A stretch of DNA of 62,825 nucleotides from the NCBI GenBank assembly GCA_028282585.1, contig JANQHR010000003.1:1-62825 (forward strand), in the 5' to 3' direction. The position numbers and the translations under genes were made by a program. Origin of the DNA: Bacteroidales bacterium. GTDB taxonomy: Bacteria > Bacteroidota > Bacteroidia > Bacteroidales > UBA12077. A model generated the notes under the pieces. The model saw only the letters and a program-made list of their open reading frames with translations, was not told where the DNA came from and did no database searches. Numbering within the stretch: position 1 is the first letter of the stretch; each line of letters starts with the position of its first letter. Of this stretch, positions 29,254 to 39,942 are shown piece by piece.

Positions 29254-30132
29254 TTATTTATTAACTTCATCAGCTGTTTGCACATAAAACTCTCCGGTTT
29301 CAACGGCAACTGCAGAGAAAAATCCTAGGGCATTAGGGATATTACTCTTTACATTTGCCAGTGGTCCCGATAATCCTAAGGGGTCTGGTTCTTCACTGGC
29401 AGAATTAACTTCCCGTAGGAAATTATAAAATTCCTCAGACACAGACATCAACCTAAAATTAAGGGTATGATGAACAAATTTTTTAGAATCTTCATAATAA
29501 AACAATGGAACAATATCCTGATCTTCGGTTCCCCATTCTAATGGATTCACTATAATTGATTTTGTAATGGTATCAGTTATTATACTATCATTTTTATAAA
29601 TTTCTCCTAAATAATAGTTTTCATTTGAATTTGGTTGTTGCCCATATAGATAGGTGATCATTTGGTAAGTGGAATCTTCTTCTGAAACAAAGTCAATTTG
29701 ATCGACATAAGAGATCGCATTTTCAAAAATAAATGGGTCTTTCATTATATCGCTTGCCTCGTAATGAGATATACCATTTATGGGTTTATCTAAATCTATT
29801 GTAAGAGTATAGATAGTTCCTGGCGTACCACTAAAAGCATCCATAGTTTCATACATCCCATCATTAATTGCACTTTCAATTAAATCATAAGAATTTGTTC
29901 CATCCGTAATGCTTAGGCTTGCCCCATTTACAGGGATTTTATCTACTTCTTCATATAAACCACTAGTTCTCGATAAATAAACAATATGATTTTTATTTTC
30001 ATTGCTTATTTGCCCTTCTACTACAAGCAAAACTTGCTCTTTTTTAACTTCCCATTCTACTTCTTCTTCGCAAGAAGTTAAAAAAAATGATAAACTGAAA
30101 CAAATTGATATAAATACTGATAAATATTTCAT
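29254..30132 (-). CDS. DUF4249 family lipoprotein
   Basis: Lipobox LTSC followed by acidic EEEVE, LVVEG.I, SNI.NALGFF; lies downstream of the TonB receptor. Confidence 0.85.
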   Translation of the reverse strand: MKYLSVFISICFSLSFFLTSCEEEVEWEVKKEQVLLVVEGQISNENKNHIVYLSRTSGLYEEVDKIPVNGASLSITDGTNSYDLIESAINDGMYETMDAFSGTPGTIYTLTIDLDKPINGISHYEASDIMKDPFIFENAISYVDQIDFVSEEDSTYQMITYLYGQQPNSNENYYLGEIYKNDSIITDTITKSIIVNPLEWGTEDQDIVPLFYYEDSKKFVHHTLNFRLMSVSEEFYNFLREVNSASEEPDPLGLSGPLANVKSNIPNALGFFSAVAVETGEFYVQTADEVNK

Positions 30133-30142
30133 GATATAGTTT

Positions 30143-32788
30143 TTAAAAGTTGAAATTATAGCTTATTGTTGGAATTATGGGTAAATAATACTTTTTAGCC
30201 AGCATTCTGGTCGGATCATCTTCATCCTCAACAAATACAATCGACATCATAGGATTTTTAGCTGAATAGGCATTATACACCGATAAATTAACGGTACTGT
30301 TAAATTTCCTCTCTGGGTTTGGTTTTGATTTTATTTGTACTCCTAAATCCAACCTGTGGTATGCTGGTAGCCTGTCTTCATTTTTACCGGAATAAAGGAG
30401 CAATTGCTTATTTCCAAAACGATATTTACCTGTTGGAGAAGTAAATGCTTGCCCTGAAGTGTAAACCCAATTAGCAGAAAGAGAGATTCTTTTTGTGACC
30501 TCATAATTCATAACAATTGATAAATTATGAGTCCTGTCATATGGAGAAAGATACCATTCGTCATTATTTAATGATTCTATTTTTCTTTCAGCTCGTGATA
30601 AAGTATAGCTGATCCAACCATTGAACTTTCCTGTTTCCTTTTTAATACTTACTTCCATTCCATAAGCACGAGCTTTACCAAATCTCATTTCTTTCTCGAT
30701 TTCTTCTGTCAGATATACTTCAGCGTGATCTTTAAAATCAATTTGGTTTTGCATGTCGCTATAATAAAACTCAATAGATGTTTTAATATCTTTAAATTTA
30801 AGATTACGAAAATAGCCGACCGAGTAGAGATCACCAATTTGAGGTTTAACGTTTGGATTAGATGGAATCCAAATATCTAAAGGTGTTCCGGAGGATGTAT
30901 TAGAAACCCGTTGTATATACTGCCTGGTTCTTGAGTAGCTTGCTTTTACCGAGTTATAATCATTAAAAACATAATTCATGCTAACGCGTGGTTCAAAACC
31001 TCCCTGAGTATTAAAAATTTCACCCATATCATAAACGGTAGTATCGGTATGTTCATATTGATCATTATAGGTATAAATAGTATTTTTCCCTACATTTTGG
31101 AATAGTGAGTAGTGCAAACCATATTGAATTGAAAATTTTGGTGTTATTTTTTGATTATTGCCTAGATATATACCAGACTCTAAAGACCTAATTCGTGGTA
31201 GTTTGAAATTACCTGATAAAGTATCGAATTTGGATTCTACCTTACCCGGGCTGAAATAATGAAATGTCGAATGAACTCCAAACTTTATAGTATTCTTAGG
31301 GTTAGGAAAATATGAAAAATCAATTTTAGTGGTGTAATCTTCTAACTGAGCATCCCATTTAAATCCATCTTCTTTGTATTTCATTTCGTTACTAAAATTG
31401 TAATTACTTACAATAAATGAAACATTTGAAAATAACTTACTTCCGTATAGATGATTCCAACGTAAAGTTCCAGTATAATTCCCCCATCTTAATGAATAGC
31501 TGGGTTCTTGATCTTTAACACCGAAATGATCTTTCCCAAAATACCCTGAAAGATATATACGATTGTTATTATTTATTTTATAGTTAGCTTTTAAGTTTAA
31601 GTCGTAAAAAAATACTTTGGTATTTTGCGTATCCTCATTCTTACTAAAAGCAGTAAACAAGTCAACATATGTTCTTCGTCCAGAAATAAGAAATGAGCCT
31701 TTATCTTTTACGATTGGAGCACTTATTGTAAGTTTACTTGCAATAAGGCCTATTCCGCCATCAATAGAAAGTTTTTTCATATCACCTTCTTTCATTCGGA
31801 TGTCAATTACCGATGATAATCTACCACTATATTCAGCTGGAATATTTCCTTTATAAAATTCAACATTATTTATTGCATCCGTATTGAAAACTGAGAAAAA
31901 TCCTAAAAAATGCGATGCGTTGTAAACTGTTGCTTCATCCAGAATAATTAGGTTTTGATCGTAATTTCCTCCTCTTACGCTTAATCCTGAACTTGTTTCA
32001 CCTGTAGATTGAACTCCTGGCAGAAATTTTAAAGTTTTTATTACATCAGATTCACCAAGAAGTACTGGCATTCTTTTAATTATGTTAGGTTGCAATTTCT
32101 CGTAACCCATTTTATGTGAAACGATATTTTCATTCTTTTTCTCACCTTTAATTACCACTTCTTCAAGCTTGGTTGTAGCTGTTTTAAGCTCAATACTTAA
32201 AGTTGTGTTTTTAGTTAAATCCACTTCAACAATTTGTTCTTCAAAACCAAGGTAAGAGTAAACAATTTTATGTTTCCCTCCAGGTAGTGTTAAAGAATAA
32301 AATCCGTAAACATTTGTGGTTGAACCCTGATATGATCCTTGTAAATATACATTTACCCCGATTAACGATTCACCGTTTTCGTTATCTTTAACATAACCAC
32401 TTAAAGAAAAAGTTGATTTGATTTTTTTAGGTATTTGTTTTTTCCGAATTATGATTTGTTTACTTGCGAACTTATAATCAATATCTGTTTGTTCTTCCAC
32501 TTCGGATAAAATTTGCTTTACAGTAAGGTTCTTTCCAGACAATTTAACCTTTTGATTTAAATCCAATTCATTTTCATTGAAACTAAGGAAAATATTCTTG
32601 TTTTTTTCTAACTCAGAGAATATTTCTTTCAGTGTATAATCTGTTTTATTTAAAGTCAAATTTTTATTTTCTATTGATTTGAAATTCTGTGAGTTTCCTG
32701 CAAAAGGTAGAAAATTTAGAATTAAAAAAATCAAAAAGCCTACCCTGAAAGAGTTTGAATGTCTCTTTATACTAATTTTCACTAACAT
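30143..32788 (-). CDS. TonB-dependent receptor/transducer (N-terminal signalling extension + CarboxypepD_reg + plug + barrel)
   Basis: LPGVQS..VRGG.DQNL.ILD plug, YHRLD, terminal YNFNF; N-terminal extension before SGYVKD. Confidence 0.92.
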   Translation of the reverse strand: MLVKISIKRHSNSFRVGFLIFLILNFLPFAGNSQNFKSIENKNLTLNKTDYTLKEIFSELEKNKNIFLSFNENELDLNQKVKLSGKNLTVKQILSEVEEQTDIDYKFASKQIIIRKKQIPKKIKSTFSLSGYVKDNENGESLIGVNVYLQGSYQGSTTNVYGFYSLTLPGGKHKIVYSYLGFEEQIVEVDLTKNTTLSIELKTATTKLEEVVIKGEKKNENIVSHKMGYEKLQPNIIKRMPVLLGESDVIKTLKFLPGVQSTGETSSGLSVRGGNYDQNLIILDEATVYNASHFLGFFSVFNTDAINNVEFYKGNIPAEYSGRLSSVIDIRMKEGDMKKLSIDGGIGLIASKLTISAPIVKDKGSFLISGRRTYVDLFTAFSKNEDTQNTKVFFYDLNLKANYKINNNNRIYLSGYFGKDHFGVKDQEPSYSLRWGNYTGTLRWNHLYGSKLFSNVSFIVSNYNFSNEMKYKEDGFKWDAQLEDYTTKIDFSYFPNPKNTIKFGVHSTFHYFSPGKVESKFDTLSGNFKLPRIRSLESGIYLGNNQKITPKFSIQYGLHYSLFQNVGKNTIYTYNDQYEHTDTTVYDMGEIFNTQGGFEPRVSMNYVFNDYNSVKASYSRTRQYIQRVSNTSSGTPLDIWIPSNPNVKPQIGDLYSVGYFRNLKFKDIKTSIEFYYSDMQNQIDFKDHAEVYLTEEIEKEMRFGKARAYGMEVSIKKETGKFNGWISYTLSRAERKIESLNNDEWYLSPYDRTHNLSIVMNYEVTKRISLSANWVYTSGQAFTSPTGKYRFGNKQLLLYSGKNEDRLPAYHRLDLGVQIKSKPNPERKFNSTVNLSVYNAYSAKNPMMSIVFVEDEDDPTRMLAKKYYLPIIPTISYNFNF

Positions 32789-32816
32789 TTTGATTGATTT
32801 TTAAATAGGTTGTTGG

Positions 32817-33797
32817 TTATAGTTGTTTTAAAATAATTGATGAGTCTTTAATTTCATATTTGGTATCAAGTGTAAGGTTTATTACATCCAAAACATCTTC
32901 TAAAGATTGTTCATGAAATGAAGCAGTAAGTTCTAAACCCTCCATATTTTTATTTTCAAGCAGTATTTCTTGATCATAATACTCTGATAAATAATTACAA
33001 ACTTTATTTAATGGAGTTTGATTAAATCTTAAAGTCTTAGTTTTCCATGCAAGAAAATTCATGTTTGGGTCAATCTTGTGTTTTATAAGATTACTGGCTG
33101 TTATAACTGCCTTTTCATTTTTTGTAAGAACCAAGTTACGATTAGTGTTTTTACTATCGCTAAAAGCAACTTTTCCGCTGATGACATTTATTTCAGTTTT
33201 ATTAGATTGATTTTTGGTACTGATGTTGAATGATGTTCCTAAAACTTGGGTAACAGAAAGTTCAGTATAAACTTTAAAAGGCTTTTCTTTATTATGTGCT
33301 ACTTCAAAAAAGGCTTCTCCATTAAGTTTAACTTCACGGTTTGTTTTATTAAATAATTCAGGATACGTAATTGAAGAATTTTTATTTAACCATATTTGAG
33401 TTCCATCAGACAAATCAATTTTTGTAATTTCTTCAATTGTATTTACCGTAATCCATGCTTGTTCTGGTATATTTTGATCTGAACGTAGATTAATTTTTAA
33501 AAACCATGCAATGGTAAATATTAATAAAAATCCTGCTGCTATTGCCGCGTAGGGATAAAATCTTTTGATAACAGATTTTTCCTTACCCTTCACCTTTATT
33601 GACGAATTGACACTTTCCCATGCCTTCTGGGTACTAGGATGAAAGACTTGGTTGGTCTTTTTAGAGGTCTCCCAAATTTGCTTTATTTCATCAAATTTTA
33701 ATTGATTTTTTGGGTTAGATTTCCAATCAATTATTTCATTGATTTCTTCTTCTGAAACTTCATCTTTTAAATACCTTATTATTTTAGAATAGTCCAT
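32817..33797 (-). CDS. FecR family anti-sigma factor
   Basis: One TM helix, LSDGTQIWLN, REVKLNGEAFFEV, VLGTSFN. Confidence 0.95.
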   Translation of the reverse strand: MDYSKIIRYLKDEVSEEEINEIIDWKSNPKNQLKFDEIKQIWETSKKTNQVFHPSTQKAWESVNSSIKVKGKEKSVIKRFYPYAAIAAGFLLIFTIAWFLKINLRSDQNIPEQAWITVNTIEEITKIDLSDGTQIWLNKNSSITYPELFNKTNREVKLNGEAFFEVAHNKEKPFKVYTELSVTQVLGTSFNISTKNQSNKTEINVISGKVAFSDSKNTNRNLVLTKNEKAVITASNLIKHKIDPNMNFLAWKTKTLRFNQTPLNKVCNYLSEYYDQEILLENKNMEGLELTASFHEQSLEDVLDVINLTLDTKYEIKDSSIILKQL

Positions 33798-33911
33798 AAA
33801 CAAATCTTATTAGTTCACAACCACTCATAAGGCGAAAAAAGAGCAGAATACCCCCAAAAGAAAATTAAAAATCTTTACTTTAGAATCAAATGGCTAATAA
33901 CAAATTAAAAG

Positions 33912-34451
33912 TTAACCATTTAAATTAATTTTTACTTGTTGTTTAATTCTTTTAATAGCAATACCTATTTGATTTTCTACTGTTTTTAATGAAAGATTAA
34001 GCTCTTCTGCTATTTCCTTATGTTTCATTTCTGAATAACGACTTAATCGAAATATTATCTGGCATTGCGATGGAAGTTGTTTTATGGCATCATCAACTAG
34101 TTTTATTAATTTTTCAGCATCAGAGTAATCAAAATTAGCTTCATCCGTTTCAATTTCTATATTCTCCAATGATTCGAAGGACGTTTTAGCTAATTTAGAT
34201 TTTAAATAATCTAAGCAGTCATTTCTAACCGATTTAAATAAGTAAGACTTTATATTGCTTTTTATATTAAGAAAGGTGCTTTTTTCCCAAAGTTCTTTGA
34301 AAAACGACTGAACTATGTCTTCAGCTAACATTTCATCATTTAGATATGTATATGCATATAGACATAAATCATGGTAATAATCAAAAAACAATTGTTCAAA
34401 AATTGCTTTATTGTTTACTGCTGAGGTCGGTATGGATTTATTATAAAACAC
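33912..34451 (-). CDS. ECF RNA polymerase sigma-70 factor
   Basis: AEDIVQ, SYLF.SVRN, LP.QC.IF.LSR, EIAEEL.LS.KTVENQI. Confidence 0.95.
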   Translation of the reverse strand: MFYNKSIPTSAVNNKAIFEQLFFDYYHDLCLYAYTYLNDEMLAEDIVQSFFKELWEKSTFLNIKSNIKSYLFKSVRNDCLDYLKSKLAKTSFESLENIEIETDEANFDYSDAEKLIKLVDDAIKQLPSQCQIIFRLSRYSEMKHKEIAEELNLSLKTVENQIGIAIKRIKQQVKINLNG

Positions 34452-34642
34452 AAAAATTTATAGATTTGATTACTTTACTCAATATTTATGCCACATAGGT
34501 GTTTAACAATTTGTAAAGAATATTAGTAATTATAGTCTAAAATAATATAAAAGAACAAGCTAATAAAATCTCTAATATACTTATCTAAGAATATTTTTTC
34601 TTATACTTTGCTTTTATATCTTCGCTAAAAATTGTTAGTTCA

Positions 34643-35284
34643 ATGAGTGCTTATATATATAATTTGATACGGCAGGGAGAAAATCAAGAGCTTGATTTTA
34701 AGCATTCTATTAATGATTCAAAAAAAATTGCCAGATCGCTTGCAGCTTTTGCAAATACAGATGGAGGAAAACTTTTAGTAGGAGTTCGCGATAATGGAAG
34801 TATTGCTGGTGTACGAAGCGATGAAGAGTTCTATATGGTGCAAGCTGCTGCAGATTTATACTGTAAACCTGCATTACAATTTGAAACAAAAGTATGGGAG
34901 ATTGAAGGGAAAACGATTCTTGAAATAACTATCCCGAAAATTTCTGCCGAAAAGCTTACTACGGCACCGGACAAAAATGGGAAAGAAAAAGTCTTTATCA
35001 GGGTAAATGATGAAAATATAATCGTAAATAATATATATCTGAAAGCCTGGAATCAAAAAAAATTTGGGAAAGGTGTTTTAATAAGATATAATAAGCCTGA
35101 AAAAATACTATTTGAGTATCTGGAGGAAAACGAAAGTATTTCATTCTCTGGTTTTAAAAAGCTAATTAAACTTAACCGATATAAAGCAGAGAAAATTCTG
35201 GTCAATTTGTTGGTATTAGATTTGATCCAAATAGATTTTAATGATGACCAAATAAAGTATAAACTTTTAAAAAAAGAAGAATAA
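34643..35284 (+). CDS. AlbA_2 (Schlafen-like) domain protein with C-terminal winged helix
   Basis: GENQELDFK and AFANTDGGKLLVGV.D.G. Confidence 0.88.
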   Translation: MSAYIYNLIRQGENQELDFKHSINDSKKIARSLAAFANTDGGKLLVGVRDNGSIAGVRSDEEFYMVQAAADLYCKPALQFETKVWEIEGKTILEITIPKISAEKLTTAPDKNGKEKVFIRVNDENIIVNNIYLKAWNQKKFGKGVLIRYNKPEKILFEYLEENESISFSGFKKLIKLNRYKAEKILVNLLVLDLIQIDFNDDQIKYKLLKKEE

Positions 35285-35440
35285 TTGCGTGCTTAGAACC
35301 TTATTTGTAACACTTTGTTATTAATTTATATATCTAAATTAAATTTTAAAATAATTTTATTATTTAGTACGTTTTTATATTTTAGAGCCGGAAAGAAGAA
35401 AGAGTAATTAATTTAATCCTATAACTAAAAATTTAATACC

Positions 35441-36418
35441 ATGAAATTCAAAATTATGAGTAGATTAACTGCAATGATTGTATTATTGGGTTTTGCAGTA
35501 ACATTAAATGCGCAATCAGAGGCAGAAGCTGTTGAGGCATTAAAGGACGGAGTAGCTAAATCGCAAGCAAAAGATTATTTAGGAGCGATTGAATCATTTA
35601 AGAATTGTGTAAACATTTATGATGAGCTTGATTTATCAAATAGTGAAAACAGAGCTACTGCTGCAGCGCAAATTCCAAATATGCAGCATAAATATGCGAT
35701 GAGTCTTTATAGAGAAAAAAAATACGATGAATGTATTGCTGCTTTTAATAAAGTTATTGAGTATTCTGATACTTACGAAGATGCTAGTATGAAGAAAAAA
35801 GCAGAAAAAACAATTCCTAAGATTTATTATGCAAAAGGTGCTGGTTTATTAAAATCGAAGGATTTCGAAGGAGCAATTGCCGCTTTGGATAAATCAATTG
35901 AGTTAGATCCAAAATATCCAATGTCTTATGTAAGGAAAGCTCAGGTGTATAGGGAACAAGATGATGAAGCAAACTTTAAGCAAGCAATTGATGGTGCTTT
36001 AAGTGCTGCAGCTGCTAAGAATGACACAAAATCTGAAGGCACGGCTAAAAAGTTAGCAAGTAATTATTATTTAGTTTCCGGGGCAAATGCGGTTAAAACA
36101 CAAAAGTGGACAGATGCAGAAAAATACTTCAATACTTTAATGGAATATAAAGAAGCTGACGAAGACGTTTACTATCAATTAGCAGTTATTTATAATAAGC
36201 AATCCAAATGGGATGCTGCCATTGGAGCTGCTAACAAAGCATTAGAAGTAATGGGCGAAGTTGATACTAAAGATGCAAAGGTTCATTTCGAAATGGGTAA
36301 TTCTTATTATGGTAAAGGAGATAATTCAGCTGCATGCGAAGCCTATGGAAAAGCAAATAAGGGAGATTATGCAGAAGCTGCCAAGTACCAAATGGAGCAT
36401 GTTGTTAAATGTAACTAA
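35441..36418 (+). CDS. Secreted tetratricopeptide repeat protein
   Basis: Signal peptide and TPR units such as AIAALDKSIELDPKY and ACEAYGKA. Confidence 0.88.
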   Translation: MKFKIMSRLTAMIVLLGFAVTLNAQSEAEAVEALKDGVAKSQAKDYLGAIESFKNCVNIYDELDLSNSENRATAAAQIPNMQHKYAMSLYREKKYDECIAAFNKVIEYSDTYEDASMKKKAEKTIPKIYYAKGAGLLKSKDFEGAIAALDKSIELDPKYPMSYVRKAQVYREQDDEANFKQAIDGALSAAAAKNDTKSEGTAKKLASNYYLVSGANAVKTQKWTDAEKYFNTLMEYKEADEDVYYQLAVIYNKQSKWDAAIGAANKALEVMGEVDTKDAKVHFEMGNSYYGKGDNSAACEAYGKANKGDYAEAAKYQMEHVVKCN

Positions 36419-36435
36419 TATATACGATTTATAAA

Positions 36436-36478
36436 GAAAAGTGCGATCGTTCTAAATTATGGGGAGATCGCCTTTTTT
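36436..36478. terminator. Imperfect, possibly bidirectional terminator between convergent genes
   Basis: aaaag-t-gcgatc...gatcgc-cttttt. Confidence 0.45.
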
Positions 36479-36481
36479 ATC

Positions 36482-37873
36482 TTACATCATTTCCCTTATT
36501 TTTTGAATCATATGTAAAACAGCTTCGGTATCCTGAATAATTTCCTGTTTTTGCTTGCTAATTTCTTCTGTTCTTGAATTTAATTCTTCATGCAGGTAAT
36601 GATGGCAATTTTCTATTTTGTTTAAATTGTTAAAAATTGCAGTAGCCATTAATTCACAAGAATCATAGCCGCAACTTGCACAATTTTTAATATCCGAATC
36701 CTCATGCTTATCCATTAATAAATAGATTTCTTGTAATTGCTTTTCACTTGGAATTTTAATTTCGGAAGTATTAGAGGATAGATCGTTATAACTTCTATCA
36801 TATAAATTTTTCTTCCAATATTTATTTACCGTGTTTTCAAACTTAGATACATAAGAAATATTATTTTCTTGGGTTTTATGAGTTTCCAGAGCTTCTGTTC
36901 TTCTTTGATATATATAAAACTCTAATTCATCGGGAGATTTTTCGTGGTTAGTTGTTCCGGTTCCCCCATTACATCCTAATTCACAATTCAAGCAATCTAT
37001 AAGTAAAGGAGACATTCCCTTTTTTAGTTGTTCAGGTAAGCGGTCAAGGTATTTATAAATTGTTTGAGGGCCTTCGATTTTTCGACTTAAATATCGAATA
37101 CTTGGAATTTTTCTTTCAGCAGTTTCTAATAAGCCTCCCGGAGTAGAGAACAGAACAGCTCTTTCAGCCGGATCATTGTCAAATTCAACTTCAGGAAAAT
37201 CATTTAAGTCAATTTTTTTATCTGAAAGATAATTTTGAATTTTAGTGATAGTTACATTATAATCTCCAATTCCTGTTTCTTCAAACTCAACTTTTTTGGC
37301 TAAACAGGGAGATACTACGAACATTTTATGGTTTTTAAACTCGGGGTAAAAATCTTTTACCATTTTCATGCTATGAACCATTGGACTATCGGCAGGAGCA
37401 AGATGCGGTATAAGTTCTGGTTTATAAATTTGAATATACCTTACTATTGCGGGGCAGGGCTGGGCAATAACCAATTTAGGCTTATTATTCTGAATGTGTT
37501 CAACATAAGATTTTACCGTAAGTTCTGCGCCAAAACTAACATCAAAGATTGCATCTATACCTAATGATTTTAACCAACCATTTAATTTTAAATACTGCTT
37601 AGGAAAGTTTGATGCAACAGCAGGAGCGACAATGGCAATAACTTTTTCCTTTTTTTCAAGGGCTTTCATTGCAATTTCAAAATCATCGACAGGAATTCTA
37701 GCATCGTGAGAGCATGCTTTTATACATTCTCCACATCCAATACATAAATTATTGTCTACCTCAATTGTGTCGTTAACACCATTATTGGAATACTTCGCTG
37801 TGCAAACAGCGATACACTGATGACAGTTAACGCATTTCTCTTTGTCAACTGCAAAAAAGGTAGTTTCAGTCAT
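36482..37873 (-). CDS. Putative sensory (group C-like) [FeFe]-hydrogenase-domain protein: 2[4Fe-4S] + H-domain + FeS domain + short coiled coil
   Basis: CVNCHQCIAVC and CIGCGECIKAC; variant H-cluster motifs AQPCP, SPCLAKKVE, DCLNCELGCNGG; C-terminal NCASCGYDSC...C. Confidence 0.85.
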   Translation of the reverse strand: MTETTFFAVDKEKCVNCHQCIAVCTAKYSNNGVNDTIEVDNNLCIGCGECIKACSHDARIPVDDFEIAMKALEKKEKVIAIVAPAVASNFPKQYLKLNGWLKSLGIDAIFDVSFGAELTVKSYVEHIQNNKPKLVIAQPCPAIVRYIQIYKPELIPHLAPADSPMVHSMKMVKDFYPEFKNHKMFVVSPCLAKKVEFEETGIGDYNVTITKIQNYLSDKKIDLNDFPEVEFDNDPAERAVLFSTPGGLLETAERKIPSIRYLSRKIEGPQTIYKYLDRLPEQLKKGMSPLLIDCLNCELGCNGGTGTTNHEKSPDELEFYIYQRRTEALETHKTQENNISYVSKFENTVNKYWKKNLYDRSYNDLSSNTSEIKIPSEKQLQEIYLLMDKHEDSDIKNCASCGYDSCELMATAIFNNLNKIENCHHYLHEELNSRTEEISKQKQEIIQDTEAVLHMIQKIREMM

Positions 37874-37884
37874 TAATGAATTTC

Positions 37885-39918
37885 TTAAGATTTGGTTTTA
37901 TACTTCTCTATTGTTTGTTTTAAATTTTCTTCTTGTACTTGCATTTCGTTGATCACATTTTTCAAATGATCTTCTTTTCGCCTCATTTCTTCCTGGGTAG
38001 CTTGAAGCTCTTCCATATTCTGGCGCATTTCCTCATCTTGAGCTGCCATTTCTTCGGCTTGTTGTTGCGACCGTTCTAATAATTCATTCGTCCGAATGCT
38101 AATTCTCACTGAAGAAAGGGTTGAGCCAATACTTTCAGCTAGTTTTTCAACGAATTCAATTTCATGCTTATCAAATGCGTTAAATGAAGCTATTTCTAAT
38201 ACCCCTAATACCTCATCTTCAAGCTTTAAAGGTACAATTAATAGACTGCCCGGGCTAGCACCTCCCAGACCAGACGTGATTTCCATATAATCTTGTGGAA
38301 GATCAGTCATGTAAACGGTTTTCTTCTCAATTGCGCATGTACCAATTAAACCTTCACCAATTTTGATATGTTTTTGCATATATTTTCTTCTGTTGTATGC
38401 AAATGCGGATAATAAATTGAAATGAATATTTTCTTTATTTTCATCATTTAAGATAAACACGCCTCCTTGATTGGCATTTAAATAATTGACAAGGTTCATT
38501 ATTATTTCAGTTGATAACATTTCAAGATTGTCGTTATTTTGTCTTAAAATATCTGCAAATTTTGTTAATCCTTCATTTGCCCATCTGCGTTTTTCGTCTT
38601 CATCTTTACGTTTGTTATCATCTTCTTCCGCTTTTACCAGGTTTGCTCTCATATCAAGCAATGACTTCCCAAGCACATCTTCATCACTTAACAAATCGAA
38701 CTTTTCATCTAAGTTACCCTGACCAATTGAATTTGCAAATTCAGCTTTTTGGTTTAATCCTTCCACTGACTGATTTAAAGCTTTAGCCATTTCTTCGATT
38801 TCGTCGCCGGATTCAATTTTTATTTTCATCTCTTCACCAATATGGCCTTTTGCAATCTTGTTAAGCAAATCAGTGATTTTGGTAATCGGATTAGTAATAT
38901 TTTTACCAATTAATGCAATTACAAGTGCCATTAATAATATTCCAATTACTCCAACAAATAATGATACTCTAAAATTTCGGATCGCCTCAGCCATTATAGT
39001 TCTTTCCGGCACTGATAAAGCAATTGACCACGGAGTATTATTTTCACCAACAAGTATTGGGGCATAAGTAACATAATTTTTAACTCCATTTTCGTCCTTA
39101 CTGGTATAACTAAATACTTCTCCTTTTTCAATATTACGGGCTATATTATATACCTTACTATCTTCAGGTAAGATATCTACAATGTTTTTGTTTAAAAGAT
39201 CTTTATCAGGATGTCCAACTATTAATCCTTTATTGGAAATTATGTAAGCATAACTTCCTTCAAAAGGTTTTATTTGTTCAACTAATTCCTGGAATTGAGT
39301 TAATGTGATATCAAAAGCAATAACAGCAACAAATTTTCCTTTATCAATTACAGGAGCTTTTAAACTAACCATAAGTAAAGATTCTCTGGTACCATCAGTT
39401 ACAACATCAAAATACGGTTCGTCAATCGATGGAACTAAGGTTGCTTTGGTTTTTGCATATAGAGGGGAATCACCATCAAGACTTCTCAGCTCAGTTTGAT
39501 CTTTTACAATTCCATTTTCTCTCCAAAAAGTGTGCGATACACGTCCGGTAGGTCTATCCCAATCAGGATCAATCATATTAAGTTCCCAACTTGACCATAG
39601 TGCATAAACATTTTCATTTTCTGCAAAAACATTATAATACATTTTATGCACTTTTTCTTGCCATTCATCTTTAGAGTAATCCTTATAAATTTTAAAAGCA
39701 TCAGCTAAAGATGATAATCCAGCTAATTCTAGATTTAGATTTGTTTTAATATCTTTTGCAGCTTCACTTACAAGATGATCAGTAACTTCAATTGCATCAT
39801 TATAAGCCATTTTACGGGCATTAAAGCTAATATATCCAATTGCAGCTACAAAAATAATAATTGAAGCAGAAATGATGAATAATTGTATTTTTTGTTGAAT
39901 TTTAAGCTTAAGTTTCAT
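37885..39918 (-). CDS. Membrane sensor dCache-HAMP-GAF-coiled coil (no PAS, no output domain)
   Basis: Two TM helices flanking a Cache domain (EPYFD, GHPD, PWSI), HAMP (GDEIEEM), GAF (GEGLIG..LIVPLK..GVLEIAS), then EEMRQNMEELQATQEE. Confidence 0.88.
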   Translation of the reverse strand: MKLKLKIQQKIQLFIISASIIIFVAAIGYISFNARKMAYNDAIEVTDHLVSEAAKDIKTNLNLELAGLSSLADAFKIYKDYSKDEWQEKVHKMYYNVFAENENVYALWSSWELNMIDPDWDRPTGRVSHTFWRENGIVKDQTELRSLDGDSPLYAKTKATLVPSIDEPYFDVVTDGTRESLLMVSLKAPVIDKGKFVAVIAFDITLTQFQELVEQIKPFEGSYAYIISNKGLIVGHPDKDLLNKNIVDILPEDSKVYNIARNIEKGEVFSYTSKDENGVKNYVTYAPILVGENNTPWSIALSVPERTIMAEAIRNFRVSLFVGVIGILLMALVIALIGKNITNPITKITDLLNKIAKGHIGEEMKIKIESGDEIEEMAKALNQSVEGLNQKAEFANSIGQGNLDEKFDLLSDEDVLGKSLLDMRANLVKAEEDDNKRKDEDEKRRWANEGLTKFADILRQNNDNLEMLSTEIIMNLVNYLNANQGGVFILNDENKENIHFNLLSAFAYNRRKYMQKHIKIGEGLIGTCAIEKKTVYMTDLPQDYMEITSGLGGASPGSLLIVPLKLEDEVLGVLEIASFNAFDKHEIEFVEKLAESIGSTLSSVRISIRTNELLERSQQQAEEMAAQDEEMRQNMEELQATQEEMRRKEDHLKNVINEMQVQEENLKQTIEKYKTKS

Positions 39919-39942
39919 AATTCATAAAAATTAAGTAATAAT

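Noticed and set aside
34643-35284. AlbA_2/Schlafen protein as a defence system
   Set aside because: Solo short form with no associated defence genes.
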